Assembly: GCA_964614095.1 (NCBI GenBank)
Contig: CAZTJO010000001.1
Coordinates: 68,574-132,573, forward strand
Length of the DNA stretch: 64,000 nucleotides
Direction of reading: 5' to 3'
Origin: an uncultured Acidimicrobiia bacterium
Lineage (GTDB): Bacteria > Actinomycetota > Acidimicrobiia > Spongiisociales > UBA11373
Both the position numbers and the translations under genes were made by a program. The notes beneath the pieces were generated by a model that saw only the letters and a list, made by a program, of their open reading frames with translations, was not told the DNA's origin and searched no databases. Below, one piece after another: positions 8,052 through 17,522 of this stretch; position 1 is the stretch's first letter, and every line of letters begins with the position of its first letter.

Positions 8052-8986
8052 CCACCGATTCTCCCGCCTGGGTCGCCGCGGCCACGGTCGAAGTCAACGG
8101 GATCTCAAAATGGTTCGGGCAGAAGGTGGCCGTTTCCGATGTGAGCTGCTCCTTCGGCCCCGGCATCACCGGGCTGCTTGGTCCCAATGGAGCCGGCAAG
8201 ACCACGTTGCTGAGGATGGTCTGCGGCCTGCTCACCCCATCCGACGGATCGGTCTCCGTGCTCGGGCAGAACCCACGGCGCCGGCCTCAGGTCTACCGAT
8301 CGCTCGCCCTCGTCCCGGAGGAGACCGCCCTCTACGGTTTTCAAACGGCACGCCAGTTCGTCAACTACTCGGCGGCGCTGTCCAAGGTCGATGTCGCCCG
8401 CGTCGACGACGCCATTGCATCCGTCAATCTCGAGGATGCCGCCGACCGGCCGCTATCCGGCTACAGCAAAGGAATGCGTCAGCGCGCCAAGGTGGCTGCC
8501 GCATTGGTCACCGGCGCCGAGGTACTGGTGCTCGATGAGCCGTTGAACGGAACCGACCCCGTGCAACGGAGCCACTTGATCGACATCTTCCGCCGCCTTG
8601 CCGCCGCCGGGCACACCGTCATCGTTTCGTCCCACGTGCTTGCCGAGGTGGAGCGAATGGCCGACCGGGTGCTCGCCATCGTCGACGGCAAACTCGCCGC
8701 CGCCGGTGATGTGTCCGCCATACGGCGGGCCATGCTCGATACCCCCTACCGGGTCCGTATCGAGGCGGGCGACCCGCGGCGGCTGGCTTCGGCGCTGCTG
8801 CAGTCCGAGGCGGTCGAGGCGGCAAGCCTCGCCGGCCGGGCCCTGCATGTGGAAACGTCGGATCTGGTGCAGCTGGGACGCGTCCTGCCGCCCTTGGCTC
8901 GCGATCTCGATCTCAGCCTCACCCTGTTCGAGCCCGAGGACCTGTCGCTGGAGAGCGTCTTCCGCTACTTGGTGAGGCGACGATGA
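8048..8986 (+). CDS. ABC transporter ATP-binding protein (second pair)
   Basis: GPNGAGKTTLLRMV Walker A, LSGYSKGMRQR signature, VLVLDEPLNGTD Walker B. GTG at 8048 overlaps the upstream stop. The track ORF from 7700 is an artefactual N-terminal extension. Confidence 0.85.
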   Translation: MTTDSPAWVAAATVEVNGISKWFGQKVAVSDVSCSFGPGITGLLGPNGAGKTTLLRMVCGLLTPSDGSVSVLGQNPRRRPQVYRSLALVPEETALYGFQTARQFVNYSAALSKVDVARVDDAIASVNLEDAADRPLSGYSKGMRQRAKVAAALVTGAEVLVLDEPLNGTDPVQRSHLIDIFRRLAAAGHTVIVSSHVLAEVERMADRVLAIVDGKLAAAGDVSAIRRAMLDTPYRVRIEAGDPRRLASALLQSEAVEAASLAGRALHVETSDLVQLGRVLPPLARDLDLSLTLFEPEDLSLESVFRYLVRRR

Positions 8987-9729
8987 GCGCCTTTCTCCGC
9001 ATGTTCCGCACCGCTCTGCGCCAGCTGCTGGGCGGCAAGGGCGGACTCATCGTGTCCCTGCTGCTTGCCGCCCTGCCCACGCTCGTCACTTTCGTCGAGA
9101 CTCGGAACGCGGCCCCAAGCCGGGCCGTCGCGGTCTTCCACGACGCCCCCATAGGCATCCTCTTCATCATCGTGCTGCCGGCGGTGTCCCTCGTCTTCGG
9201 CTCTTCCGCCCTCGGCGACGAACGCCGCGATCAGACCCTCTCATTCCTCCTGCTTCGCCCCCAGCCCCGGGCCGTCATCTCCGGCGCCAAGCTCCTGGCC
9301 GCGTGGACGCTCTCGTTCCTGGTGGTTGGAGGCGCCGCCGCCGCCGCGGCAACGGTCGTCGGAATCCGGAGCGGCGACTGGAGTGTCTTGGGCCCCATCG
9401 TGCTGGCCATGGCGATCTCCACGCTCGCCTACACCTCAGTTTTCCTGCTCCTGGGCTACGTGACCAAGTGGGCGGTGCTGGCCGGCCTTGCCTACGCTTT
9501 CATCTGGGAATCCGGGATCTCGTTTGCCGTCAGCGGCCTGTCCACCATCTCGCTGTTCCGTATCGGATTCAGCTCGTACGCCGCCCAGGTGGACATCCCC
9601 CGAAGCCTCCGCGACTTCCTGGGCACCCTGCAACCAGGCGCCGGCGGCGCCGCGGCGAAAGCAATCGTGATCGCCGGCATCGCCGTTCTCGTCGCCGCCA
9701 ATCTGCTTCGGCACCGCGACATCACCTGA
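8983..9729 (+). CDS. ABC-2 type transporter permease (second pair)
   Basis: 248 aa with 6 predicted transmembrane segments. ATGA overlap with the upstream ATPase. Confidence 0.7.
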   Translation: MSAFLRMFRTALRQLLGGKGGLIVSLLLAALPTLVTFVETRNAAPSRAVAVFHDAPIGILFIIVLPAVSLVFGSSALGDERRDQTLSFLLLRPQPRAVISGAKLLAAWTLSFLVVGGAAAAAATVVGIRSGDWSVLGPIVLAMAISTLAYTSVFLLLGYVTKWAVLAGLAYAFIWESGISFAVSGLSTISLFRIGFSSYAAQVDIPRSLRDFLGTLQPGAGGAAAKAIVIAGIAVLVAANLLRHRDIT

Positions 9730-9783
9730 CCCTCGTGCCTGGGCCATCGGCATGCCCCCGCGCCGGGCGACGCCGCGGCTAAG

Positions 9784-11349
9784 TTGCCTCACGTGACTGA
9801 GCCCGGAACGGCCTCGTCCCGACGAGGCCTCTACCGCCAGATGGGCATTGCCGCCGCCATCGTTGCCGGCGGCACCCTGCTGTCACGGGTACTGGGCCTG
9901 GTGCGGCAAATCGTCTTCGCCTGGCTGCTCGGGGCCGGGGCCGCAGGCGACGAGTACTTCGTCGCCTTCATAATTCCCGATTTCCTCAACTACCTCCTGG
10001 CCGGCGCCTACATGGCGATCACTCTGATCCCCATCCTCACCCGACGGTTCGCCACCGGAGACGACGAGGACGCGTGGCGGGCCTTCTGGGCGGTGGCACG
10101 GCCGCTCACCATCGGCTCCGTAGTACTGGTCGCCTTCGCCATGCCCTTCGTCGGCTCAGTGCTGGGCACCGTCGAGCCAGGTTTCACCGCCGAGCAGGTA
10201 GCCAACGCCTCCCGCCTCACCCGCATCGTGCTGCCCGCCCAGATCTTCTTCATCCTCGGCCAGCTGCTCACTGCGGTTCAGTTCGCTCGGGAGCGCTTCT
10301 TGATCCCCGTCCTCGGACCCATCGTCTACAACATCGGCATCATCGCCGGCGGCATCGCCGGCGGCATCGGACGAGATAATCCCACCGCCGACGGTTTCGC
10401 CTGGGGGGCTCTAGTGGGCGCCTTCCTCGGGATCTTCCTGCTGCAGGCCTGGGGCGCATGCCGCTGCGGCCTCAAGCTGCCCGAGGGGTCGATCCGCCGC
10501 CACCCTGCGGTCAAGCGCTACTTCGCCCTCGCCATCCCCCTGATGCTCGGTCAGTCGCTGGTGGTCCTCGACGAGCAGCTCGGCCGCACCTTCGGATCAC
10601 TCTGGGAGAACGGAGGGGTATCGTGGCTCACCTTCGCGCGTCAGACGATGCTCGTTCCCGTCGGAGTCATCGCCCAGGCCGCGGGAGTAGCCACCTATCC
10701 GTTCCTGGCCCGGCTCGTCGCCGAGGGCAAACACCGCGAGATGGCCCAAGCCGTCGGCCGCGCCCTGCGCTACATCGTGGTGTTCAGCCTGGCCGCCGCC
10801 GCTGGCCTCATCGCCCTGGCAGTGCCGACGGTGAGGCTTCTCTACGAGCGCGGCTCATTCGACGACGCCGACACTCTGGCCACCGCCGGCACCCTCGTCT
10901 TCTTCGCCCTCGGGGTGCCGCTGTGGGGCCTGCAGCAGATCCTGGCCCGCGGTTTCTACGCCCGCGAGGAGATGTGGACCCCGGTGATCGTGGGGACTCT
11001 GGCCACCGCCGCCGCCGTGCCTATCTACTGGGGCCTGAACGAGGCCATGGGGGTTGATGGCCTGGCGTTGGCCAGCACCGTGGCGATCCTCCTCTACACG
11101 GGCGCCCTCGCCGCCATCTGGTACCGACGCACCGGCTGGGAGGAGGCCCGCCCCGTAGGCATCACTTCATTGCGCAACCTGCCTCTGGCGATCGCCGCCG
11201 GCTTCGCCGCTTGGGGAACCGCAGGCTGGGTCATGGACCGTTTCCCCATTCAGGGCGAGATCTCGAGCCTCAGCGCCGTCGCCGCCGGAGGTGTGGTGCT
11301 GCTAGCGGTGGCACTGCTGCCGCCATCGGTACGCCGCGATCTGTCCTAG
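9784..11349 (+). CDS. murJ: Lipid II flippase MurJ (MviN family)
   Basis: LSRVLGLVRQIVFAWLLGAGAAGDEYFVAFIIPDFLNYLLAGAYMAITLIPIL is the MurJ N-terminal signature. 521 aa, polytopic. Confidence 0.8.
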   Translation: MPHVTEPGTASSRRGLYRQMGIAAAIVAGGTLLSRVLGLVRQIVFAWLLGAGAAGDEYFVAFIIPDFLNYLLAGAYMAITLIPILTRRFATGDDEDAWRAFWAVARPLTIGSVVLVAFAMPFVGSVLGTVEPGFTAEQVANASRLTRIVLPAQIFFILGQLLTAVQFARERFLIPVLGPIVYNIGIIAGGIAGGIGRDNPTADGFAWGALVGAFLGIFLLQAWGACRCGLKLPEGSIRRHPAVKRYFALAIPLMLGQSLVVLDEQLGRTFGSLWENGGVSWLTFARQTMLVPVGVIAQAAGVATYPFLARLVAEGKHREMAQAVGRALRYIVVFSLAAAAGLIALAVPTVRLLYERGSFDDADTLATAGTLVFFALGVPLWGLQQILARGFYAREEMWTPVIVGTLATAAAVPIYWGLNEAMGVDGLALASTVAILLYTGALAAIWYRRTGWEEARPVGITSLRNLPLAIAAGFAAWGTAGWVMDRFPIQGEISSLSAVAAGGVVLLAVALLPPSVRRDLS

Positions 11350-11388
11350 CGGAGCAGGGGGCCCGGTGCGTCCTACCATCACAGACAC

Positions 11389-12090
11389 ATGCACCTGTCT
11401 TCTGCCCTCTGGCGTGCTGCCCTCAAATGGCCCCGTCTGCAACGCCTCGAAGTCCTCGACCTCCCCGAGTTCGGCGCCCGAATCGTGCAGATACCCAAGG
11501 CGGGATCGGGCACGATCCGCATGCACGTGCTGCGCCGTCTTCGGGAGGTCTCCGGCAGCGATCTCCCCAAATCGCACCTGTGGCGCCATGTGCGGTTTGT
11601 GAAACCGGAGCGCCTTCCCCACCTCAACCCACCCCAATTCACCTTCGCCTTTGTGCGCTCGCCCTACCCGCGCCTCGTCTCCTGCTACCGCCACAAGATC
11701 GCGCAGCCCCGCGAGCGGGGGCACCGTATCTCTCCCCTCTTCGCCGTATACGGAGGCACCTTTTCTCTCCGCATGGATTTCCCCGCCTTCGTGCGAGCGG
11801 TAGCGAGCGTGCCGGACCGGCGGGCCGAAAAACACTTCCGATCGCAAACCGCGTTCCTCTACCACAACGGCAGGCTGCTCGTCGATTTTGTGGGCCACCT
11901 GGAACGGTTCGACGAGGGATGGACCGAGGTATGTCGCCAGACCAATCTGGGCCCGGTGGCACGGGCCTACAACGTCACCGGAGACGCCGACCTTGCCGCC
12001 TGGTACAACCCTGAGCTCCTCGGTCTCGTGAACGATCGATACCGAGACGACTTCAACGCCTTCGGCTACGAAGTCACCACAGGACTCTGA
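11389..12090 (+). CDS. Sulfotransferase family protein (PAPS-dependent, Sulfotransfer_2/3-like)
   Basis: IPKAGSGTI (5'-PSB P-loop-like) and FAFVRSPYPRLVSCYRHKI (3'-PB-like) motifs. 233 aa. Confidence 0.6.
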   Translation: MHLSSALWRAALKWPRLQRLEVLDLPEFGARIVQIPKAGSGTIRMHVLRRLREVSGSDLPKSHLWRHVRFVKPERLPHLNPPQFTFAFVRSPYPRLVSCYRHKIAQPRERGHRISPLFAVYGGTFSLRMDFPAFVRAVASVPDRRAEKHFRSQTAFLYHNGRLLVDFVGHLERFDEGWTEVCRQTNLGPVARAYNVTGDADLAAWYNPELLGLVNDRYRDDFNAFGYEVTTGL

Positions 12091-12096
12091 CCGCCT

Positions 12097-12348
12097 CTAG
12101 GCCTTTTTCGTCTCGGCAAAGATCTGGGCAATCTCATCGTTGAGCGCCAGCAGCTCTTCACCGACGGCGGGATCCATCGACTTCTTGGCATCGCCGGCCT
12201 TTTTGGTCGCCCTCCAGAAGAGGTCGTGGAGCTGCGGGAAACGTTCGACGTGGGGCGGCTTGAAGTAGTCGGTCCACAACACCCAGAGGTGATGTTTGAC
12301 GAGCTCGGCCCGCTGCTCCTTGATGATGACGCAGCGTTGGCGGAACAC
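12097..12348 (-). CDS. Hypothetical protein; downstream part of an ORF interrupted by an in-frame TAG (see findings)
   Basis: Track ORF, 83 aa, begins at GTG. The same frame continues upstream past a TAG (12373-12375) into a 36-codon ORF that has a strong AGGAGGT RBS and an ATG at 12483. Confidence 0.35.
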   Translation of the reverse strand: MFRQRCVIIKEQRAELVKHHLWVLWTDYFKPPHVERFPQLHDLFWRATKKAGDAKKSMDPAVGEELLALNDEIAQIFAETKKA

Positions 12349-12550
12349 CTCGTCGTCGGAGTCTTGGTACTTCTAAGCGATGGCCTTCACTGACTCTGCC
12401 TCGATGCGGGCCTGGGCCGGGTCGTAGACACCGCAGAACAGATCGCAGTGGGCGTGGGCGACACGACGGGGTCTGAGCAGCATGAGCTGGGTACCTCCTG
12501 ACTGAGATCGTTCACCCTACACTCGCCCCGATTGCTGTATGGAGGCCGTG

Positions 12551-12964
12551 ATGAAGCGTCTTGCGCTGCTGCTCGCCGGCGTCCTTGCCGCGGCCTATGT
12601 GGCACGACGCGTCGTGGCCTACGAGATCGCCGACCGGAGCATGGAGCCCACCTTGCGTCACGGCGACTGTGTCCTGGGCTGGCGCCGGCCGCGCCGCCTG
12701 CGCCGGGGACAAATAGTGGTAATCGAACACCCGATGCGGCCGGCCTTCGAGATGGTAAAAAGAATCGCCGCCGCTGCCGGCGAGGATGCCGACGGCCGCA
12801 CTCTCGGCCCCGGAGAGATCTGGGTACTCGGAGACAACGCCGATGCCGGGAGCGTCGACAGCCGCTCTCTGGGCATCCTCAGGACACGGTGGGTGAGGGC
12901 CATGGTGTTTCTCCGCTATCGGCCCTGGCCTCCGCTCGTTCTCGGCACCAACCCCGATCGCTAA
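12551..12964 (+). CDS. lepB: Signal peptidase I (S26 family, LepB-like)
   Basis: N-terminal transmembrane segment, catalytic SMEPTL motif, GDNADAGSVDSRSLG box. GGAGG Shine-Dalgarno 5 nt upstream of the ATG at 12551. Confidence 0.8.
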   Translation: MKRLALLLAGVLAAAYVARRVVAYEIADRSMEPTLRHGDCVLGWRRPRRLRRGQIVVIEHPMRPAFEMVKRIAAAAGEDADGRTLGPGEIWVLGDNADAGSVDSRSLGILRTRWVRAMVFLRYRPWPPLVLGTNPDR

Positions 12965-13002
12965 GGTAGCCGCATCCGCCACCTCATTCCGGAGGGACAC
13001 GC

Positions 13003-14733
13003 ATGACAACCGAAACTCCCGCCGAAGCTGGCAGCAAGTCCCATTTGGGCCGCAATCTCGCCATTTTTGTCGGTGGCACACTCGCCGCACTCCTCCTGGT
13101 GGGCGGGGCCGCCGCTCTGATGCGCAAGGGCGAGGCGCCCTTCCCCGGTGCCGAGATCATGCCGCCGGATCCCCTCGTGTACTTGCACGTCGACATCTCC
13201 GATCCCGACGCCGACCGGCTCATCGCCACGTTCGATGAGGCCAGCGCCGAGCTTGGTGGAGGCCTTGAGGCGATGATCGCAGACAGTGGGCTTCTGGAGA
13301 GTCTCGGGATCACCAACGGCATGGACCTGGACACCGACGTGCGGGCCCAGGTCGACACCTGGCTGGGAGAGACGCTCGGCACCGATCTCGAGGAGTTGCG
13401 TGATGTGGCCGGTGACGAGATGGCTCTGGGAATCTACAACGTCGATTTTGGACGTTTCCTGGACACAACGAATGCATCCATGCTCATCGCCGTGGAGATG
13501 AAGGGTGACGCCGCGGCCTTCCTGGACAAGACCATCGCTTTTGTGGAGACCGAGCAAGACGTCTCCTTCACCGAGACGAGCCATGGCGAAGACGTGATCC
13601 ACACCGCCGATGATGTCGGCGGTGAGTCCATGTCCCTGACCCTCTCCGACGGCGTCCTCATCATGGCTAACGATGCGGACCTGCTTGTTGCTGCACTCGA
13701 CGCCCGAGCCGGCGAATCACTTGCCGATGACCCGGACTTTGCGGACGTCCTGGCCGAGCTGCCCGAAGACCGTATGGTCACCGCCTACCTGGCCGTTGAC
13801 CCCCTCGCCGAGCTGTACGAGCAGCTGCTCGGCTCGCCGCTGCTGGCCGGCACCGCGGTCGCCGAAGACCAGCTGCAGGCCGGCCTCGAAGCAGTGCACG
13901 GCGTCGGAATGAGCGTTGTGCTCGACAGCGATTCCGCGCGTATCGACCTGGTGACGATCGACGATCCGGAGGACCCGGAGTTTGCCGCCGCAGGACCCAT
14001 GGTCGCCAGTGACATGCCCGACCGTCTCCCCGCCGACACTGTGGCCTACGCCGGATTCGGCCCGATCGACCTCGGCATCGATTGGCAGACGATACGAGAC
14101 GAGATGAGTGCGGCGATCGATGCACCGGAGATGGCGAGCGTCCAGGGACTGCTGGATTGGGTCGAATTCAACGCCGGGGTCAGTTTCCAGGAGGATCTCT
14201 TCGATCAGCTCACCGGCGAGATGGCATTCGGCCTCTTCCCGGCAACCGAAGGCGTCATCGCCGCCTCGGGCGAGGCCAACCTCGGTTTTGTGGCGGGTGC
14301 AGGGATCAACGACCCGGCCTCGATGGCGGACACCATCGAGGCCTTGCTGCCCATGGCTCAGATGCTGATCGGGATTGAGCCGACGCAGATCGCTCCCGGG
14401 CTATACAGCCTCCCCATGGGTGACGGCGGTGGCGTGGTCATCGGAATCGCCGGTGACTACGCGGTCATAGCCAGCCACGAGGACCATGCCAATCTGATCG
14501 GAGATGGCGCCGCGGAAGCGCTCTCCGGCTCGCCGGTCTACCAGCAGACCATGAGCGCCCTGCCCGACGGATCGGTGCCCGTCTTCTATCTGGATGTGAC
14601 CGGACTGATAAATGCCATCGAGGTGCCTGACGATGTTGCAGCCATGCTGGCTCCGCTGCAGTCGGCGGGAGTCTCGATACACAACACGCCCGGCGTCTCC
14701 CTGATCACCATGGTCGTGTTCATCGACTACTGA
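13003..14733 (+). CDS. Large acidic membrane-anchored protein of unknown function (DUF3352-like)
   Basis: 576 aa, single N-terminal transmembrane segment (LAIFVGGTLAALLLVGGAAAL), then a highly acidic (D/E-rich) soluble domain. GGAGGG Shine-Dalgarno sequence. Family assignment from memory only. Confidence 0.5.
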   Translation: MTTETPAEAGSKSHLGRNLAIFVGGTLAALLLVGGAAALMRKGEAPFPGAEIMPPDPLVYLHVDISDPDADRLIATFDEASAELGGGLEAMIADSGLLESLGITNGMDLDTDVRAQVDTWLGETLGTDLEELRDVAGDEMALGIYNVDFGRFLDTTNASMLIAVEMKGDAAAFLDKTIAFVETEQDVSFTETSHGEDVIHTADDVGGESMSLTLSDGVLIMANDADLLVAALDARAGESLADDPDFADVLAELPEDRMVTAYLAVDPLAELYEQLLGSPLLAGTAVAEDQLQAGLEAVHGVGMSVVLDSDSARIDLVTIDDPEDPEFAAAGPMVASDMPDRLPADTVAYAGFGPIDLGIDWQTIRDEMSAAIDAPEMASVQGLLDWVEFNAGVSFQEDLFDQLTGEMAFGLFPATEGVIAASGEANLGFVAGAGINDPASMADTIEALLPMAQMLIGIEPTQIAPGLYSLPMGDGGGVVIGIAGDYAVIASHEDHANLIGDGAAEALSGSPVYQQTMSALPDGSVPVFYLDVTGLINAIEVPDDVAAMLAPLQSAGVSIHNTPGVSLITMVVFIDY

Positions 14734-16184
14734 TCGGCAGGTTGCTCCGTGCTCGCCGCCGCTTTTTCGGCGCGCACATAGGTGGCGCGGTACTTCTCGG
14801 CCGTGCTTTGCCACGAGTAGTCGCCGGTCATGCCGTTGTACACGATGCGATGCCAGGCCTCCCTGTCGGCAAAGGTCTCCAGGGCCGCCGAGATCGCCGA
14901 GGTGAGCGCCGCTTTAGTGTGGGGTGAAAACAGGAAACCGCTGCCGGTGCCGGTGCTGGGATCCCACGGCTGCACGGAATCGGCGAGCCCTCCGGTGCGG
15001 TGCACCACCGGCACCGTGCCGTACTTCATGCTGTACATCTGATTGAGTCCACAGGGTTCATACTTCGACGGCATGAGGAAGAAGCTCGATCCGGCCTCGA
15101 TGAGGTGCGCCAACCCGGGATCGAAGTCATGAACGTACCCGGCGGCACCAGGAAACCGATCCTGGAGAGACCGGAACATCGTCTCGTACCGGGCCTCTCC
15201 CGTCCCCACGGCCGCCAATTGCATACGGCCCGAAGACAACAGCGGAGGCAGCGTGTCCCGCAGGAGGTCAAAACCCTTCTGCTCGGCCAGGCGTGACACT
15301 ACGCCGAAGATCGGAACGCCGGAGCGGTCGTCGAGACCAAGGCGTTCCCGCAGGGCAGCGGTGTTCTCCGCCTTGCCGGCCAGGTTGTAGTGGCCGTAGT
15401 TGCGGGGGATCCACGGGTCGGTCTCCGGGTCCCATTCGTCACCGATCCCGTTGAGGATGCCGACTAGATCTCCACGGCGTGAGCGCAGCACCTCGTCGAG
15501 GCCCATACCTCTCTGCGGAGTGAGGATCTCCCTGGCGTGACCGGGACTCACCGTCGTGACCATCGTGGCCGTGGCGATGCCGGTCTTCAGCGAGTTGATC
15601 CGTCCGGCAATGAGATCATCGGCGGGGAAAAGATCCGCCTGTTCGGCGAGGCCGAGCCTGCGCAGATCGGCTGCGGGGAAGATGCCTTGGTACGCCAGAT
15701 TGTGGATGGTGAACACGGTCGGTTTTGCCGCCCAGTAGTCCCCCGCCGCCCGCAGGTGGGGCACGATGAGCCCGGTGTGCCAGTCGTTGGCGTGGATCAC
15801 GTCGGGCACCCAGCCCATTGCGTCACACACGGCAGGCACCGATGCGGTCAGCACCCCATAGACGAGATGCTCGTCATCGCCTCCGGCATAGATTGCCCCC
15901 CGGTGGAAACGATCCGGCGCATCAATGAGATACACCCAAGGCAGGTCGGGCCCGGGGTCACCGAGCGTAAACACGTCCAGTTTCCCCAGCTCGCCGATGT
16001 CAACCCCAGAGACCACCTGGCGCACCGGCAGGTCGCCCGCCTCGAGCACGTCGTAGAAGGGAACAAAAACGCATACCTCATCACCACCGGCGGCGAGAGA
16101 GTGCGGCAGCCAGCGGGACACATCGCCCAAACCGCCCACGTGTGCGTGCGGAGCAAGTTCGGCGGTGATGAAGGCGATGCGCAT
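14727..16184 (-). CDS. glgA: Glycogen synthase (ADP-glucose type, GT5)
   Basis: MRIAFITAELAPHAHVGGLGDV (K/HxGGLxDV motif) and C-terminal GT-B domain. Start at the ATG at 16184 overlapping the glgC stop. Confidence 0.85.
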   Translation of the reverse strand: MRIAFITAELAPHAHVGGLGDVSRWLPHSLAAGGDEVCVFVPFYDVLEAGDLPVRQVVSGVDIGELGKLDVFTLGDPGPDLPWVYLIDAPDRFHRGAIYAGGDDEHLVYGVLTASVPAVCDAMGWVPDVIHANDWHTGLIVPHLRAAGDYWAAKPTVFTIHNLAYQGIFPAADLRRLGLAEQADLFPADDLIAGRINSLKTGIATATMVTTVSPGHAREILTPQRGMGLDEVLRSRRGDLVGILNGIGDEWDPETDPWIPRNYGHYNLAGKAENTAALRERLGLDDRSGVPIFGVVSRLAEQKGFDLLRDTLPPLLSSGRMQLAAVGTGEARYETMFRSLQDRFPGAAGYVHDFDPGLAHLIEAGSSFFLMPSKYEPCGLNQMYSMKYGTVPVVHRTGGLADSVQPWDPSTGTGSGFLFSPHTKAALTSAISAALETFADREAWHRIVYNGMTGDYSWQSTAEKYRATYVRAEKAAASTEQPADQ

Positions 16185-17446
16185 CAGACCTCTGTTCCTG
16201 CGGGGATCACCTCGCCGCGAGCCACAACGATGACTCCGTCTCGAATGAACCAGCCCGCACCGTCGGCTTCCCATACCCCGTCCTTGTTGACGAGGCGGCA
16301 GCCGTCCCCGACGCGGGAGTTCTTATCGACGATAGCGTTGCGGACGCAGCAATCGTGGCCGATGCCCTGCCCCGGCAGGCCCGGCGGAGGAGCGTACTCA
16401 AACTCGTCCGCCCCCATGATCACGGTGCTCTCGATCTCAGAGCCCGAGCGCACCACACCCCGAATCCCGATAATCGATCTGGTCAGACGAGAACCCTCCA
16501 CCACGGAGCCGTCGGAGAGGATCGACTCGAAGACCTGGCAATCGGTCACCTTGCTCCCGGGAAGGAAGCGGGGCCTCGTGTAGATGGGGAAATCGGGGTC
16601 GTAGAGGTCGAGCGCGGGCACCTGGCGAGTCAGTTCGAGGCTGGCCTCGTGGAACGACCTGATGGTCCCGATATCCCTCCAGTAGCCACGGTGGGCGTAT
16701 CCGTACACGGAGAGATTCGTAACCGCCTGTGGAATGAGATCCCCGCCGAAGTCGTCCCCCTTGTACTCATCCAGCAGGCGCACCAGGATCTCGGTTCTGA
16801 AGACGTACATCCCCATGCTGGCAAGCAGCGCACCGGGATCAGCGTCGATTCCGGTGGCATCGATGGTGTCGCTGTCCAGGGCAAGATGGGACATGGCCTC
16901 ATCGGTCTGGGGCTTCTCGACAAACTCGACGAGCCGGCCATCACGACCGAGGCGCATGATGCCCAGGCCTCCAGCCGCCTCGGCGCTCACCGGCTTGAGC
17001 GCGATGCTGATATCGGCCTCACGTTTTCGGTGTTGCTCGACGAATCCCGCCAGGTCCATGAGATAGAGCTGGTCACCCGAGAGGATGATGATCTCGGCGG
17101 GCCCCATGTCGACAAGCCGGTGAATGTTCTGGCGAACGGCATCGGCCGTGCCCTGGTACCAATCCCGGTTCTCCAGGCTCTGCTCTGCGGCGAGGATGTT
17201 CACGAAGCCTCGCGAGAACATGTCGAATCGATAGGTCTGGGCGATATGTCGGTGCAGGCTGGCGCTGTTGAACTGGGTGAGCACAAAGATGCGGTCGACG
17301 CCGGCATGCAGACTGTTGCTGATCGGAACGTCGATGAGCCGGAACTTGCCCGCCACGGGAACGGCGGGTTTGGCCCGATCCCGGGTCAGGGGCCACAGCC
17401 GTGACCCCCGGCCTCCGCCGAGGATGGCCGTCACCACGTTTCGCAT
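16184..17446 (-). CDS. glgC: Glucose-1-phosphate adenylyltransferase
   Basis: ILGGGRGSRLWPLTRDRAKPAVPVAGKFRLIDVPISNSLHAGVDRIFVLTQFNS is the GlgC N-terminal signature, followed by a C-terminal left-handed beta-helix. Confidence 0.9.
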   Translation of the reverse strand: MRNVVTAILGGGRGSRLWPLTRDRAKPAVPVAGKFRLIDVPISNSLHAGVDRIFVLTQFNSASLHRHIAQTYRFDMFSRGFVNILAAEQSLENRDWYQGTADAVRQNIHRLVDMGPAEIIILSGDQLYLMDLAGFVEQHRKREADISIALKPVSAEAAGGLGIMRLGRDGRLVEFVEKPQTDEAMSHLALDSDTIDATGIDADPGALLASMGMYVFRTEILVRLLDEYKGDDFGGDLIPQAVTNLSVYGYAHRGYWRDIGTIRSFHEASLELTRQVPALDLYDPDFPIYTRPRFLPGSKVTDCQVFESILSDGSVVEGSRLTRSIIGIRGVVRSGSEIESTVIMGADEFEYAPPPGLPGQGIGHDCCVRNAIVDKNSRVGDGCRLVNKDGVWEADGAGWFIRDGVIVVARGEVIPAGTEV

Positions 17447-17522
17447 CCGTCTCCCTCCAGGACACCGGACCGTGCGCTCACCCTACTCCGGGCGACGGCT
17501 GTACCCGATAGCATCTGCGCTC

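Noticed and set aside
7700-8986. 428-aa ORF implying an ABC ATPase with a 115-aa N-terminal extension
   Set aside because: The extension overlaps the upstream permease in another frame. The conserved ATPase N-terminus begins at the GTG at 8048, which overlaps the permease stop.
17268-17522. N-terminal extension of the penicillin-acylase ORF overlapping glgC
   Set aside because: The first plausible start with a hydrophobic N-terminus is the ATG at 17523; the extension is antisense to glgC.
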